In this document: one piece after another, positions 42,760 to 54,962 of the stretch
Layout of the letters: each line of letters starts with the position of its first letter
Numbering within the stretch: position 1 is the stretch's first letter
Origin: Lytechinus pictus
Lineage: Eukaryota
Length of the DNA: 64,000 nucleotides
Assembly (NCBI RefSeq): GCF_037042905.1
Contig: NC_087250.1
Span: 4,092,001-4,156,000 of the forward strand
Reading direction: 5' to 3'
Program-made: the position numbers and the translations under genes
Notes under the pieces: generated by a model
What the model saw: only the letters and a program-made list of their open reading frames with translations
Told to the model about the DNA's origin: nothing
Databases searched by the model: none

Positions 42760-45700
42760 GTAAGTACGCATTGAGAAATGGTCACATTCTTTGAAAGTTG
42801 AGATTGTTCTCTTATTTTGCACAAAAATCATGGCTGGATTATCAAAGAACATTTACAACTTTTGTGCAAACAACTACCTAGGTCTCTCTGTAAGTACGCA
42901 TGGAGAAATAGTCACATTCTTTGAAAGTTGAGATTGTTCTCATATTTTACACAAAAATCATGGCTGGATTATAAAAGCATATTCTCAAATTTTGGGCAAA
43001 CAACTACATGTACCTAGGCGTCTCTGTAAGTACATGTATGCATCAAGAAATGGTCACATTCTTTGAAAGTTGAGATTATTCTCATATTTTGCACAAGATC
43101 ATAGTGAGATTATCAAATAGTGACCAAAGAACATTCACACTTTTGTGCAAACAGCTACCCAGCTTTTCCTTGTAAACTTGTGTTAATTGAAAAACTAATC
43201 ACATCCCATTTTAGTTTAAGGTTGGAATCTTCTCGACTTTTGCTCAAATAACTTGTGAATAATTTTTTGGGGGGCAAATGTGTGGATTGAGAAATGATCA
43301 CATTGTTGGGATTATTCTAAACTTTTTCACAAAAAGCTGACTGCATAGAGGATAAGAAAAAAAAAGACATAGGGAATGAACATTAGAGGCTTAAAGCAGC
43401 TCTTTTCCCCCTTTTTTACCATCTGTGGTTAGAACTGGTTATTTGAATAGTGGAAGTGATGGAGTAAAGGCTACTCCAATAAAAAGTCAAACATTCTTTG
43501 CATGTGATGAAAATAACAACAATCAGTTTATGAATGTGAATCATGTATAAAGTATAAAAACGGTTAATTTGTCCTTTATGAATATTAACAACCATCACTT
43601 GTACTTATCACATCATTTTTTGTTCACTTTCCTTTTCACTTTAGAGCCACCCTGAAGTGATAGATGCTGCAAAACAAGCATTAGATGAATATGGTGCTGG
43701 GCTAAGTTCAGCCAGGTTCATCTGCGGAACACAGGTAATACGCCTCTGAAGTTAGACACTAAAAATTATTCCACTTAAAAAAAACTAAACTAATCTGATC
43801 TCTGATTGAAACTAGCTAGTGTGTGATTTCTTATTTGTAAAATTTTGCTCCGAAATTAAGCAAAATTTAGTTACTTTCCTGTTGCAAGCAAATGAGGTAC
43901 TCTATATACCTACATGTAGCATCAATGATGTTTATCTTTGCATTACAAAAAAAAAAAAAATGAATATGGAGCTTACCCTGTTACTGAATTCTGAAATTCC
44001 CCTATCATTTATCAGGGTTCCTGTTTCCTAAATACTTACTATAATAACAAATGCACCATTTCTATAACAAGTTCACCATCGGCCAATCAGATTGAAAGAT
44101 TGCAGAAGCTTTGAACTGTTATTGCAAATTTGTTATCATTAAATGGGCACTAGGGCTGAGCTCTACAAGGCAATAAAGTGAATGAAAATGGAGATGTACT
44201 TTAATACAGGGGTCTCACATGCTCACATTTTCCGTCGTGAAAGTAACCTTCGAGTGACGTGTGACTCGAATGACGCAGATTTTTATAATGAATTGGTTTA
44301 ATAATTTCAAATCGTTTCTAGGATATTCATAACAGAGCTGTTATTGATAACGTCTTTATCACTAGCCTTGTAGATAATCGCTTGTTTTTTGCCACTTAGC
44401 GATATCGATAACCTTTCTCTCATTGTCGATAATACCCGCTATTATGTAGGGACACAGTCATTTTCCATGATTTCACGGAAACTGCCTATTTAAAGTGGCT
44501 TTTCAGACGGAAAATCACGGAAAATGAATTTTTCCTCAACCTGCACAGAACAGCAACAGAAATTACTCCAAACTCTCAACAAAATACAAATACTTACTAG
44601 CCATAAAACCGATCTTACCCTCACTTTGCTATAATTATGACAAGCCAAACATCGCGACTGCACTCTACTCCATTCGATCGAATCGATTTCAATGTTAACA
44701 AAGTACCAACTAACGTAGAAGGCAGCACACGGCCGTGTGTTGCTGCTCAGTACGTTCGAAAATGTACAGCACGATATCAAAATGGCGGATAGATGAAAGA
44801 CGTTGACAGCTCAGAACGATGTCCAAAAAGCCCCAAAATTATCAATAAAACTTCATCCAACCCTAAAATAATGCTAATAACATGAAAGGTGAGGATATAT
44901 TTATGCTAAATATGTTTGTTAAAAGATGTTATGTAATCATTTTCATCTGATGAGCCCGGATTTTAAAGCGTTCTTGGTACAGTGGCAGATACAAATTTTG
45001 ACCAACGCGAGTATGTGACATCGCTATAATGCATAAAAAAATGCGTATTGATTATGTTCTTTTGTCGATAGTTATCGATATCGGTAAGATATTTTTAGCG
45101 ATATATGGACAGAGAATTTTCTTAACGATAACAGCCCAAATTCATAAGGATCTTGAGCAGAAAATTGCTGTCTTTCATGGCCGTGAGGACTCCATCTTGT
45201 ATGCCAGAGCTCTGCTTTGTGCTAATGTTGACGCCAGAAAATGCTGTTGTATATTGGAAATCCAGAATTTAATTGAAATTGGTTTGACCTTGACTTTTTT
45301 ATTGATTTTAATCATTTTAATTCATTTCTAGGATATTCATAAGGATCTAGAGCAGAAAATTGCACTCTTTCATGGCCGCGAGGACTCCATTTTGTACGCC
45401 AGCTGTTTTGATGCCAACGCTGGGTTGTTTGAAGCCATGTTGACGCCCGAGGATGCTGTACTCTCGGATGAACTCAACCATGCCTCGATCATTGATGGGA
45501 TCAGGTTGTGCAAGGCGAAGAGATATCGTTATAAACATATGAATATGGAAGGTAAGAAGATATGTTGCCTGTTGATTATGAAATTACTCCTTTTGTGATA
45601 ACTATGATAAAATAAATGATAATAAATATAGAATGATTTATGATTGCATGGTAACAACAATGTCGCTCTATACTCTTTGAAGTAAAACAAAATATATGTT

Positions 45701-48700
45701 GATGAAATAGCTACAAGTCTTACAAAACATAATATAAAGGATACACTGTTTTAACCCTCAATCTCCCGGGGTATTTTGATTCTTGTCATTCCCGGGGGGG
45801 GGGGGGGGGGGGCCATTATGGCCCCCCCTTAAGATCTCAGCCGTGGATTGCGCGATCACAACAAAAATTTGCATGATGGTAGAGAATGACGTAATCTACG
45901 CAGTTGCATTGGTAAATTTCACTGAATTCATATATTTTTATTTTATATGAATTAATTATGCTAATTTATTCATGAAATCATACTTTTTGCTCTGATTCAC
46001 TAAATAAAGCTCCTAGAATGCTATTTTTTGGTGAAAATATTCTTTATAGCATTCCTAACAATTGTGAATGAAAAAAATTCTGGTACCAAGACCGATTTCT
46101 TATGTATTTTATTGTTTTTTTAATTTCTTATGTATTTCATTGTTTTTTTACTTTTTGTTTTTTATTGTTTTTTCGATGGAAATCGTTCCAGACTTAATTC
46201 TAATCATAAACAAGGCAAAAGTAATTAAGTTTAATCATTACAAGTAGAAATAATGATGCATTTATGAATTTTGGCCAAATACACAATTTGCATTGGATTT
46301 GTACATGAAATCACGTTTATGAGCAATTTTGGGTCTGACATGCACTTACATAATGTTGCGTAATGTCGTAACCGCGTACCCGGGCGTCACAAATTTGGTC
46401 TCAAAATTTGCGCGAGACTTGAAAGTAAAAAGTCAGTGAGCGGCGAGGTCAAAAAATTTTGCGCAGCAGATATATCGCGAAAATTGTCAAGGGGGGGGCC
46501 ATAATGGCCCCTCCCCGGGAGAATTAGGGTTAATTCATGCAAGATGAATATAAAACATTGGATTACTGAATTAACTCGTTGCATGCTGAATTTATTCTAA
46601 AGGAAAAAGGAGAACTTTTATTATTTTGATAATTCTATGAATTTATTTTTTATTGATTAATACATTCACCCATTGAATGATTTGAATTTTTAAAATCCTG
46701 TGGGGTTTGTACCGGTGCGTCTTGGCTTCTGTAATGAATACATTAAATCGAATTAGAGGTTGGGGTCTAAAAGGGGTTAAAGTAGATTAATTTAGATCTT
46801 AGAATAATATTTTTTCTCTATGAGGATTAGACTAGTTCACCAGGTTGATTTCTTTGATTTGTGAATTTCTATCCTTAGATTTGGAATCGCAGCTTAGTGA
46901 GTCTATGGATTGCAGAATGAGGTTGATTGTCACCGATGGTGTGTTTAGTATGGATGGCGATATATCACCCCTCAGGTAAGGTTCACAAACAGTCTAAGAA
47001 TGGGAAACCAGAGATATATTTATTCTAAGAGTTCGGGCCCTGTCACATCGTCCTATGAAAACCTTGCGGGCGAATCGTGACAATCACCCGCAACTCACCT
47101 GCAAATTTTTTTTGAGCATGTTCAAAACTTTTCTGCGGCCAAATGAGACTAGCTTGCGCTCCTGCATGCGAGATACCTGCAAGATGCTGCCAAAGGGATG
47201 ACCTGGGTGTAGCAAAAATAGCCACCCGTAAGTCCCATATGCAAGTCCTGCGCAGGACGGCGTAACAGAGCCTGAAGGCCCAACATAGCATGAAGGAGTG
47301 GAATTTTTCTGGTATTTCATGAAATATAGTCATTTATTCCCCAAAAGTTCCTTGATTCATATAACGTAGGGTGGGTCTATCTTTCGCCAACGGGGGGGGG
47401 GGGGGGGGGGGGGGGGGGAGGGGGGGACGGAAAAGATATGTTCATCCATACTTTCCCCGATTGCTTGAAGCCAATGTTAATTGTTGTTTTTAAGGGGGTA
47501 GTCCTAAAGGCACCTTAATTTTTTTTTACAAATGAGATCAGATATATCATATGATAATAACGCAAGCGCAAAGCACAAGCTGAATATTTTAAGATCATCT
47601 CATGTATTAATCTAATCTAGTCTAATCTTTTAATCTAATTTTTGTCATATTTTGTTCCTACATCATACAGGCCAGGGAGTTGCACTGTCTATGAAGTAGG
47701 ATGTATGATGAATGTCAGGCTACCAGTTTCCATGGTCCTACAGGGGGGGGGGGCACAGAAGAACATTCTAATCTATTAATCTAATCTGGTCTAATATAGT
47801 ATAATCTCATTTGTCATATGCTGTTCATTTTTCATACAGGGAGATCGTTACACTATCCAAGAAGTACGATGCCCTTGTCTTTATCGATGAATGCCACGCT
47901 ACCGGTTTCCTCGGTGCCACGGGGAGGGGCACAGAGGAACATCTTGGTATCGACGGCGCAAGCCACATCATCAACTCCACTTTAGGGAAGGCTCTCGGAG
48001 GTGCAGCTGGTAAGATTCGGAGGGAGTAATTTTATTCATGTTCCGCATACTAACAATCTTGCTATAGGATTGGTCAGAAGTCGGTCATGTGATAAAGGGT
48101 AGATTCCCCATCAATCATCACTCGCAGTGATGGACCTTTTTTGTTTCGCTGATCTTTTTCAGCCCATAGGTTATACCATGTTATGAATTAGTTTGAGTAC
48201 GCGCGAAATGAAGAGGTCATTGCCACTAGATTTTTTGGTCCATTTCTCCTTCATTAGCAGTGACGGTCGCGAAAAATGTAGATATGTGCATGCAGTATAC
48301 ATATGCGCTAGCAGTAAAGCTTTGCGCAAAATAAAAGTGCACTGTTTTGTTGTGACGGTAAAATTCCTTTGAGAGGTCACAATAAAACTTCCTGGAGCAA
48401 TATATCGGATACTTGTGCACAGTTTACATACGCGACAAGCATAATCGTCTAGATGGATTTTTTGCTAAGAAAAATTTGATAAAAAAAAAAAAATCTTATT
48501 ATAGAGATGCATTGATATCGGTTTGTTTGTTTTGGCAAGCTGGATGTACTCGCTATCTTTCCTCAGCTCTGCTTCAGAAATGTAGCTCCATCCAGCTTGC
48601 CTCGTGATAGTTTGCCTATCACCTTCACGAACGGTGATTATTTTGGTTATTATATTCACTTAGTCTGCCAGCAGTAGGGGTTCACTTCTCAGATAGTCTA

Positions 48701-51700
48701 GTACTATGTGGAGTGTTGTGGCCCAGTGGATTAGTCTCCAGACTTTGAAACAGAGGGTCGTGGGTTCAAATCCAGCCATGGAGTACTTTCCTTCAGCAAG
48801 AAATTGATCCGCATTTTGCTGCACTCAACCAAAATGGGTACCTCTATAAATACATTTAAGTAATAGTGAGCATGCGACACCGTCACTCATTTGCATGCCA
48901 TCTGTGATGAAATGTAATTTTCTCAATTTAAGTCAAATTTTAATGGAATTCTTAGTGTTTCTTTTCTGTTTTGGTCTTTTCAATGATTAAAATAATCTTA
49001 TTCATTATTATACTTAACCTTTCATTTATAATCTATTCTATGTAGGTGGCTATACATGTGGACCGAAGTCATTGACAGATATGCTGAGACAGAAATCAAG
49101 ACCGTATCTCTTCTCAAACTCTCTCCCTCCTCCTGTTGTTGCCTGTGCTTCTAAGGTAAGTCACTATGCAGATTCATAAAGGGTCATTTCATCGGGTTGA
49201 GGGAAAAAAGTAAAAAAATATTCATGCAACGTACGCATCAGCCATTCTAATAATTATATAAGTTGCCATTCATTCGTTATGACTGCTTCTTATCCTTACA
49301 TAATCCATTGCAAAATGGTTGTTAAATCGACCAATGAGATCGTTTGTTATTGCCTACCTCAGGCGATGGTCTCACGGTCTCAAGGGTGGGAGCGGTGTTG
49401 ATGGTTCTAATAGTATATAGTAATAGAACGGAAATGGGGCATTGTAGCTGAAATAGACTGAGGATGATTGTGGCAAAGATTATAGTCCAGGATAGGCTCC
49501 ATAGAAACTTGACCAAACCTTGTTTTTTTATATATACAATATTTTTTGATGGTTTCTTGTCAATTCGAGGGTGCTGATTACGAATCTGGATGATGCCACT
49601 CGTGTAACCTTGAGCATTTTCCGCAAATTGGCAAAATCCAATATGGCCGCCAAAATATGCAAATTACCCATGAAAATCATAAAATTGTCCACACATTGGC
49701 TATGAAATGCATGAAATCGTGTGGCAGGAGTGAAATACTCTCTGAAAAAATAATTTTTGACAAAATATTCATTTTCCTGATATTCAAAATGGCCGCCATA
49801 GGCCCTTGTATACTCTATTATGTACAATATGAATAGGGAAAACTAATTTTCACAAAAATTAGCACTAAACCGCAAAAAAATCGCGATGTACGAACGAAGT
49901 AATACATGCAAATCATCATTACTAACAAGATATATCATTTATTATGTCATATATGGGGACCTTGCTGTATTTTGATATCTAAAAGCCGCCCGACTGGCCC
50001 AAAGAGTATTATGTACAATGGCAGTGGCCTGGGCCCAAAAAATGACAAGAGTGAGCACTAAAATGCATATTATTAAGATAAACGAGTGGAATACTGGCTA
50101 AAAACATCATTGCCAATAATATACCATTTATGTAATAAATGCTGTATTTTGACATTCAAAATGACCGCCATAGGCCATGCACAATGCGAATGGAGAAACT
50201 AATTTGCACAAGAGTGAGAATCATAAAATGCATATAACTGTGATATACGAGTACAAATATTGTCTTAAACATGATTTCTAAGTGAATACATCACATATTG
50301 GTCGTGGAGGTAATAAATGCTGTACTTTGAAATCCAAAATGGCTGCCATAGGTCCTAAAAGTATTGTGTACACTGTATTTTGATATCTAAAAGCCACCAC
50401 TGGCCCAAAGAGTATTATGTTCAATGGCAATGGCCTGGGCCCAAAAATGACAAGACTGAGCACTAAAATGCATATTATTAAGATAAACGAGTGGAATACT
50501 AAAAACATCTTTGCCATCAATATACCATTTATGTGATAAATGCTGTATTTTGACATTCAAAATGGCCGCCATAGGCCCTATATTTATCATGTACAATGCG
50601 AATAGAGAAACTAATTTTCACAAGAGTGAGAATCATAAATTGCATATAACTGTGATATACTAGTAACAATATTGTCTTAAACATGATTTCTAAGTGAATA
50701 CATCACATATTGGTCGTGGAGGTAATAAATGCTGTACTTTGAAATCCAAAATGGCTGTGATAGGTCCTAAAAGTATTTTGTACATTGTAACATGGGACAT
50801 ATAATTTTGACAGAATTTGGCTTTGCTTGACTTTAAATATTGCATATAATTGTGAATTGTGAAAGGGTGAAATATTGTCTAAAACCATGGTTTCTACCGA
50901 AATATATCATATCATGTGTAATTAAGTTGATAAATGCTGCATTTTTAAATTGAAAATGGCCACCATAGGCCCTTATCGTATAATATACAATTTGAGTGGA
51001 GACAAATAATGTTCACAAAAAGGGCATATGGCAGCCATTTTGAATGTTGAAATACAGTATTTATCACCTAAATTACATAGGATATGATATCTTTTGATAT
51101 AAATCATGTTTTCAGACAATATTTCACTCATACATCACCATTTGGACAAGCAAAGCCAAATTCTGTTGAAATAATTTGTTTCCATTCACATTGTGCATAA
51201 TACCATAAGGGCCTGTAGCGGCCATTTTGACTTTCCAATAACAGTATTTATCACCTAACTGACAGAATAAATGATATATCTTAATAGAAATTATGCTTTC
51301 AGACAATATCTTACTCATAGATCACTATTACATGCATTTATGGTGCTTACTTATGTGAATATTGGTTTCCCACTTTGCATTGTAAATGATACTGTTAATG
51401 TCTATGGCGGCCATTTTGAAAGTCAAAATACAGTATTTAACACAAACTTGAAACCTGAATGATATATTTCATTAGAAAATATGTTTAAGACAGTATCCCA
51501 TTAATTTATCACATATATATGCATTTTAGTGCTCTCTCTTGTGATTTCTTTGCTCCTCTTTCTCATTGTGCATAATACGTTTAGGGCCTTTGGCAGCCAT
51601 TTTGAATATCAAAATAAAACATTCATCACATACATGGCATATTAATAATATATTTCGTTAACAATTATGTTTTTAGTCAGTATTCCACTCGTTTAATCTT

Positions 51701-54229
51701 AATAATATGCATTTTAGTGATCACTCTTGTGAATTTTTTGGCCCCCATTGCCATATACGCAATACTGTTTGGGCTAGTGGCGGCTATTTTAGATATCAAA
51801 ATACAGAAATGTTCCCATATATGACATAATAAATGATATATCTCGTTAGTAATGATGATTTGCATATATTACTTCGTTCATACATTGCGATTTTTTGCAC
51901 TTTAGTGCTCATTTATGTGAAAATTAGTTTTCCCTATTCATATTGTACATAATAGAGTATACAAGGGCCTTTGGCGGCCATTTTGTATATCAGGAAAATG
52001 AATATTTTGTAAAAAAATTATTTTTTCAGAGAGTATTTAACTCCTGCCACACAATTTCATGCATTTCATAGCCAATGTGTGGACAATTTTATGATTTTCA
52101 TGGGTAATTTGCATATTTTGGCGGCCATATTGGATTTTGCCAATTTGCGGAAAATGCTCAAGGTTACACGAGTGGCATCATCCAGATTCGTAATCAGCAA
52201 ATTCGAATTGACAAGAAACCATAAAAAAATATTGTATATATAAAAAAACAAGGTTATGCCTCTTCTATCCTGGACTATTATGGTTGAAATTATAGCAGCG
52301 ATGGCAAGGATAATTATAATTGAAATGTAAAGATAAGTTTCATAATGTGCAGATTCCACTCTGGTGCAGTTAATATAGGAGAGAGAGAGAGAGAGGGGGG
52401 GAGAGAAAAAAGAGGGTACACATATAAAAAGCAAGGATAGATTAAAGGAGCAATTAACTATTGACTAAAATTAGGAAGCATTATTAAATAGACACATCTT
52501 CAGGTTAGTTAATATTTAATTGTGTCAACGAATGAGCATTGTCGGATAACCAGAGGAAGATCATTCCAAAAGAGAAGGAGGCCAAAGAGTAAAATAAAGA
52601 CTGTTTCTGTGTTCAGCAGATTTCAGCAGATGCTCACATATTGGAATCTTTCTTTGTTCCATTGCAGGTATTTGATATGATAATGAGAGATAATTCGCTG
52701 GTCTCCAAAGTGGATAGCAACACACAGAGATTCAGAAAGCACATGAACGATGCTGGATTCAAAGTATGGGTAAGTGAACACATGAGGGCGACATACATTT
52801 TTTTCCTCAAGACAGACAAAATTGTCCCTAGAATTTCCAAAATTAAATGCTTCGGGCGACAACCTTTTCTAAAGTTGCCCCGAGATCTACCCCAAACAAT
52901 TTTAAAATAAGTTTAAATGATAATTTTCTACATACATGTACACAAAAAAGAACTTGAAATGAGAGAAATAGCCCCTAAAACTCGAAAATTGTCCAATTGT
53001 GGAACAAAAGAGCCCCTGAAAACCAAAAAAATTATTTCATACCCAGCTACAGTCAGTGGGGTTAATTGTTAACCCAATGAAGGGCACGCATTGTGTCTCA
53101 TTTCTCAGTGTAATCTTATGTCTTTAATAGGGTACGACGCATCCAATATGCCCCATTATGCTGGGAGAAGCTAGCTTAGCTGGAAGATTCGCAGAAGAAA
53201 TGTTGGAGCGAGGGATCTATGTGATCGGCTTCAGCTTTCCTGTAGTCCCTAAAGGTTAGAATCGTGTTTGTTCATTCCATATTTATCAACTCTTACCATG
53301 TCAAGCTCAATTATAATATAACGCGGAGAAGATGCACTTCTCGTTCACCTTCACAAGATCTATCTTGTAATGAAAATATATCACACTTTAGAGAAGTATC
53401 TGGTTCTTATCCTAAACCAATTTTGGGCAACAGTTTGGGAACTTTAAAGCCGAATTTGCACGAGCGTTTTATTTTCAGGAATTTGAACAAGCCCCCACCT
53501 CGTCACTCATAAAATTACCACTTCAATACATAGAGTATTACTAAAGACAATGTTTGCAAATTGCCAAAATTAACATCTCCCTAATTTCATCCCTGGTGTA
53601 AAGACTACGTAAATATCTGATAAAATAAGTTGCAGCAATTAATAACTAATGCACAAGTTGTCAATCAATTGTTTTAGTTCTTGGTAGGACAATTTTGAAT
53701 AAACCTAATTTCATATAATAAATTACAAAATAAGAATTGGGGATATGACATCATCATCCCACCTAATGAATATTCCTGAAGACATGCCTAGAACTGTTTC
53801 ACCGCAATAATGCAAATCTTTGAAATGCAATTTCAACTTTGTTATTCCATTTTGATCAAATTTTCAGCATTTTCCTCTGTGAATTTTATTCTATTATTAA
53901 AATATAAATATCTTCAGCTTGGAGCATCCCTTTAAAGGGTGTGGGGGTGTGGTGATATTGACCCCTACCCCTGTAAAAAAAATTGTCTGAAAGGGCCAGT
54001 ATGAATAGGATTGGTTGCTTTATTTATGTGGTATTTCATCTTCTGTAGGCTTAGCCAACATCTTTGTTGAGAAAATTAAAATATAGTTAATTGTTTGATT
54101 TGCATTGTATCAATCTCTACAGGTCTGGCTCGCATCAGGGTTCAGATCTCTGCAGCTCACACTGAGGCCGAGATCGACCAGTGCGCCCAGACGTTCTACG
54201 ATGTTGGCAAGAAACTTGGAGTTATCTAA
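42535..54229 (+). CDS. GCAT: 2-amino-3-ketobutyrate CoA ligase (glycine C-acetyltransferase), mitochondrial; 9 coding exons, 414 aa
   Basis: Exons 42535-42759, 43645-43734, 45332-45551, 46879-46975, 47840-48009, 49046-49155, 52668-52769, 53131-53254 and 54123-54229 are all GT-AG and phase-compatible (1245 nt). Motifs [52 protein letters not shown] (PLP lysine), [18 protein letters not shown]. The N-terminus is Arg-rich and presequence-like. Confidence 0.95.
42717..43200 (+). repeat. ~130-bp tandem repeat (4 units) spanning the exon 3' end and its donor site
   Basis: TTTTGTGCAAACAACTACCTAGG.CTCTCT|GTAAGT recurs with donors at 42760, 42890 and 43026, and degenerately at ~43172. Confidence 0.9.
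43645..43734 (+). CDS. GCAT: GCAT coding exon 2
   Basis: tttag|[30 protein letters not shown]|gtaat. Confidence 0.93.
44300..45250 (+). pseudogene. Degenerate duplicate of the GCAT exon 3 acceptor and 5' half, split by a MITE
   Basis: TTTCTAG|GATATTCATAA at 44315-44332 continues as ATTCATAAGGATCTTGAGCAGAAAATTGC... at 45140, matching the true exon at 45332. Confidence 0.85.
44333..45139. mobile_element. hAT-like non-autonomous element (8-bp TSD ATTCATAA)
   Basis: CAGAGCTGTTATTGATAAC / CTTAACGATAACAGCCCAA. TSD at 44325-44332 and 45140-45147. Confidence 0.8.
45332..45551 (+). CDS. GCAT: GCAT coding exon 3
   Basis: tctag|DIHKDLEQK...[18 protein letters not shown]...HMNME|gtaag. Confidence 0.93.
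45755..46529. mobile_element. piggyBac-like MITE
   Basis: TTAA-CCCT...AGGG-TTAA. A related copy in the opposite orientation lies at 56001-56420. Confidence 0.85.
46879..46975 (+). CDS. GCAT: GCAT coding exon 4
   Basis: cttag|(D)LESQL...[16 protein letters not shown]|gtaag. Confidence 0.93.
47606..47768 (+). pseudogene. Degenerate duplicate of the GCAT exon 5 acceptor and 5' part
   Basis: TTAATCTAATCT.GTCTAAT...TTTGTCATAT...CATACAG|G...GATGAATGTCAGGCTACC.GTTTCC...GGGGCACAGAAGAACAT parallels 47776-47943. Confidence 0.8.
47840..48009 (+). CDS. GCAT: GCAT coding exon 5 (PLP-binding lysine)
   Basis: tacag|EIVTL...[10 protein letters not shown]...[11 protein letters not shown]|gtaag. Confidence 0.93.
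48710..48842 (+). mobile_element. tRNA-derived SINE (3'-truncated)
   Basis: A box TGGCCCAGTGG and B box GGTTCAAATCC, followed by a TCCTTCAGCAAG...GCTGCACTCAACC...AAATGGGTACC body typical of SINE2 elements. Confidence 0.75.
49046..49155 (+). CDS. GCAT: GCAT coding exon 6
   Basis: tgtag|GGYTCGP...[24 protein letters not shown]|gtaag. Confidence 0.93.
49483..52277. mobile_element. Academ-like non-autonomous foldback element (~2.8 kb)
   Basis: Termini TAGTCCAGGATAG / CTATCCTGGACTA, 3-bp TSD TTA, inverted arms of ~580 bp (~49515-50095 versus ~51677-52253), an internal ~420-bp direct repeat and many AAAATGGCCGCC motifs. Confidence 0.85.
52668..52769 (+). CDS. GCAT: GCAT coding exon 7
   Basis: tgcag|VFDMI...[17 protein letters not shown]|gtaag. 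Confidence 0.92.
53131..53254 (+). CDS. GCAT: GCAT coding exon 8
   Basis: aatag|[12 protein letters not shown]...[15 protein letters not shown]|gttag. Confidence 0.93.
54123..54229 (+). CDS. GCAT: GCAT last coding exon
   Basis: tacag|(G)[34 protein letters not shown] followed by TAA. Confidence 0.93.
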
Positions 54230-54375
54230 TCTAATCACCAGTATGGCATCAAGAAGGTGGAAACCATAAGGAACCTTGTCAAAAGTCAGTCAAGAGCAGC
54301 ATCTTTCTCACTAGGAACGAGCGCTGGGCCATATTTCGATATTATTGAAATTATGCGATATTGAAAAAATATTAA

Positions 54376-54962
54376 AGGACAAGTCCACCCCAACTAAAAG
54401 TTGATGTGAATAAAAAGAGAAAAATCTAACAAGCATAACACTGAAAATTTCATCAAAATCGGATCTAAAATAAGAAAGTTATGACATTTTAAAGTTTTGC
54501 TTAATTTCACAAAACAGTTATATGCACATCCTGGTGTGTATGCAAATGAGGAGACTGATGACATCATCCACTCACTATTTTTTTTGTAATTTATTATATG
54601 AAATAGGGAATGTTCTATTTTTCTCATTGTCAAGTGAGACAATGATTAATTCCTCCCTGAACATGTGGAATGAGCATTGTTTAATACTATATGATTCAGT
54701 CAAGTTGGTCCTTATTGTCATATCTATAAAAAATGAAATGTATAATTTAAACAATAAAAAACAAAAGAAATAGTGAGTGAGGGACATCATCGACTGTCTC
54801 ATTTGAGTTGTGCATATCACTCTTTTGTGAAAAATAAGCAAATATTTAAAACGTCATAACTTTCTTATTTTACATCCGATTTTGATGAAATTTTCAGCGT
54901 TTTGCTGGTTTTATTTTTCTCTATTTATTCAAATCGACATTTTTCTGGGGTGGACTTGACCT
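54376..54962. mobile_element. Kolobok-like MITE downstream of the GCAT stop codon
   Basis: TTAA-AGGACAAGTCCACCCCA...TGGGGTGGACTTGACCT-TTAA, with long imperfect inverted arms. Confidence 0.85.

Noticed and set aside
45029-45331. 100-aa ORF containing [22 protein letters not shown] as a second GCAT gene
   Set aside because: It is a chimera of MITE sequence and a decayed exon duplicate.
48710-48790. tRNA gene
   Set aside because: A and B boxes are present but the acceptor stem is poor, and the sequence continues into a SINE body with no oligo-T terminator.
42535-54229. Bacterial kbl by horizontal transfer or contamination
   Set aside because: The gene has eight canonical spliceosomal introns and a presequence-like N-terminus, so it is the ordinary animal GCAT.
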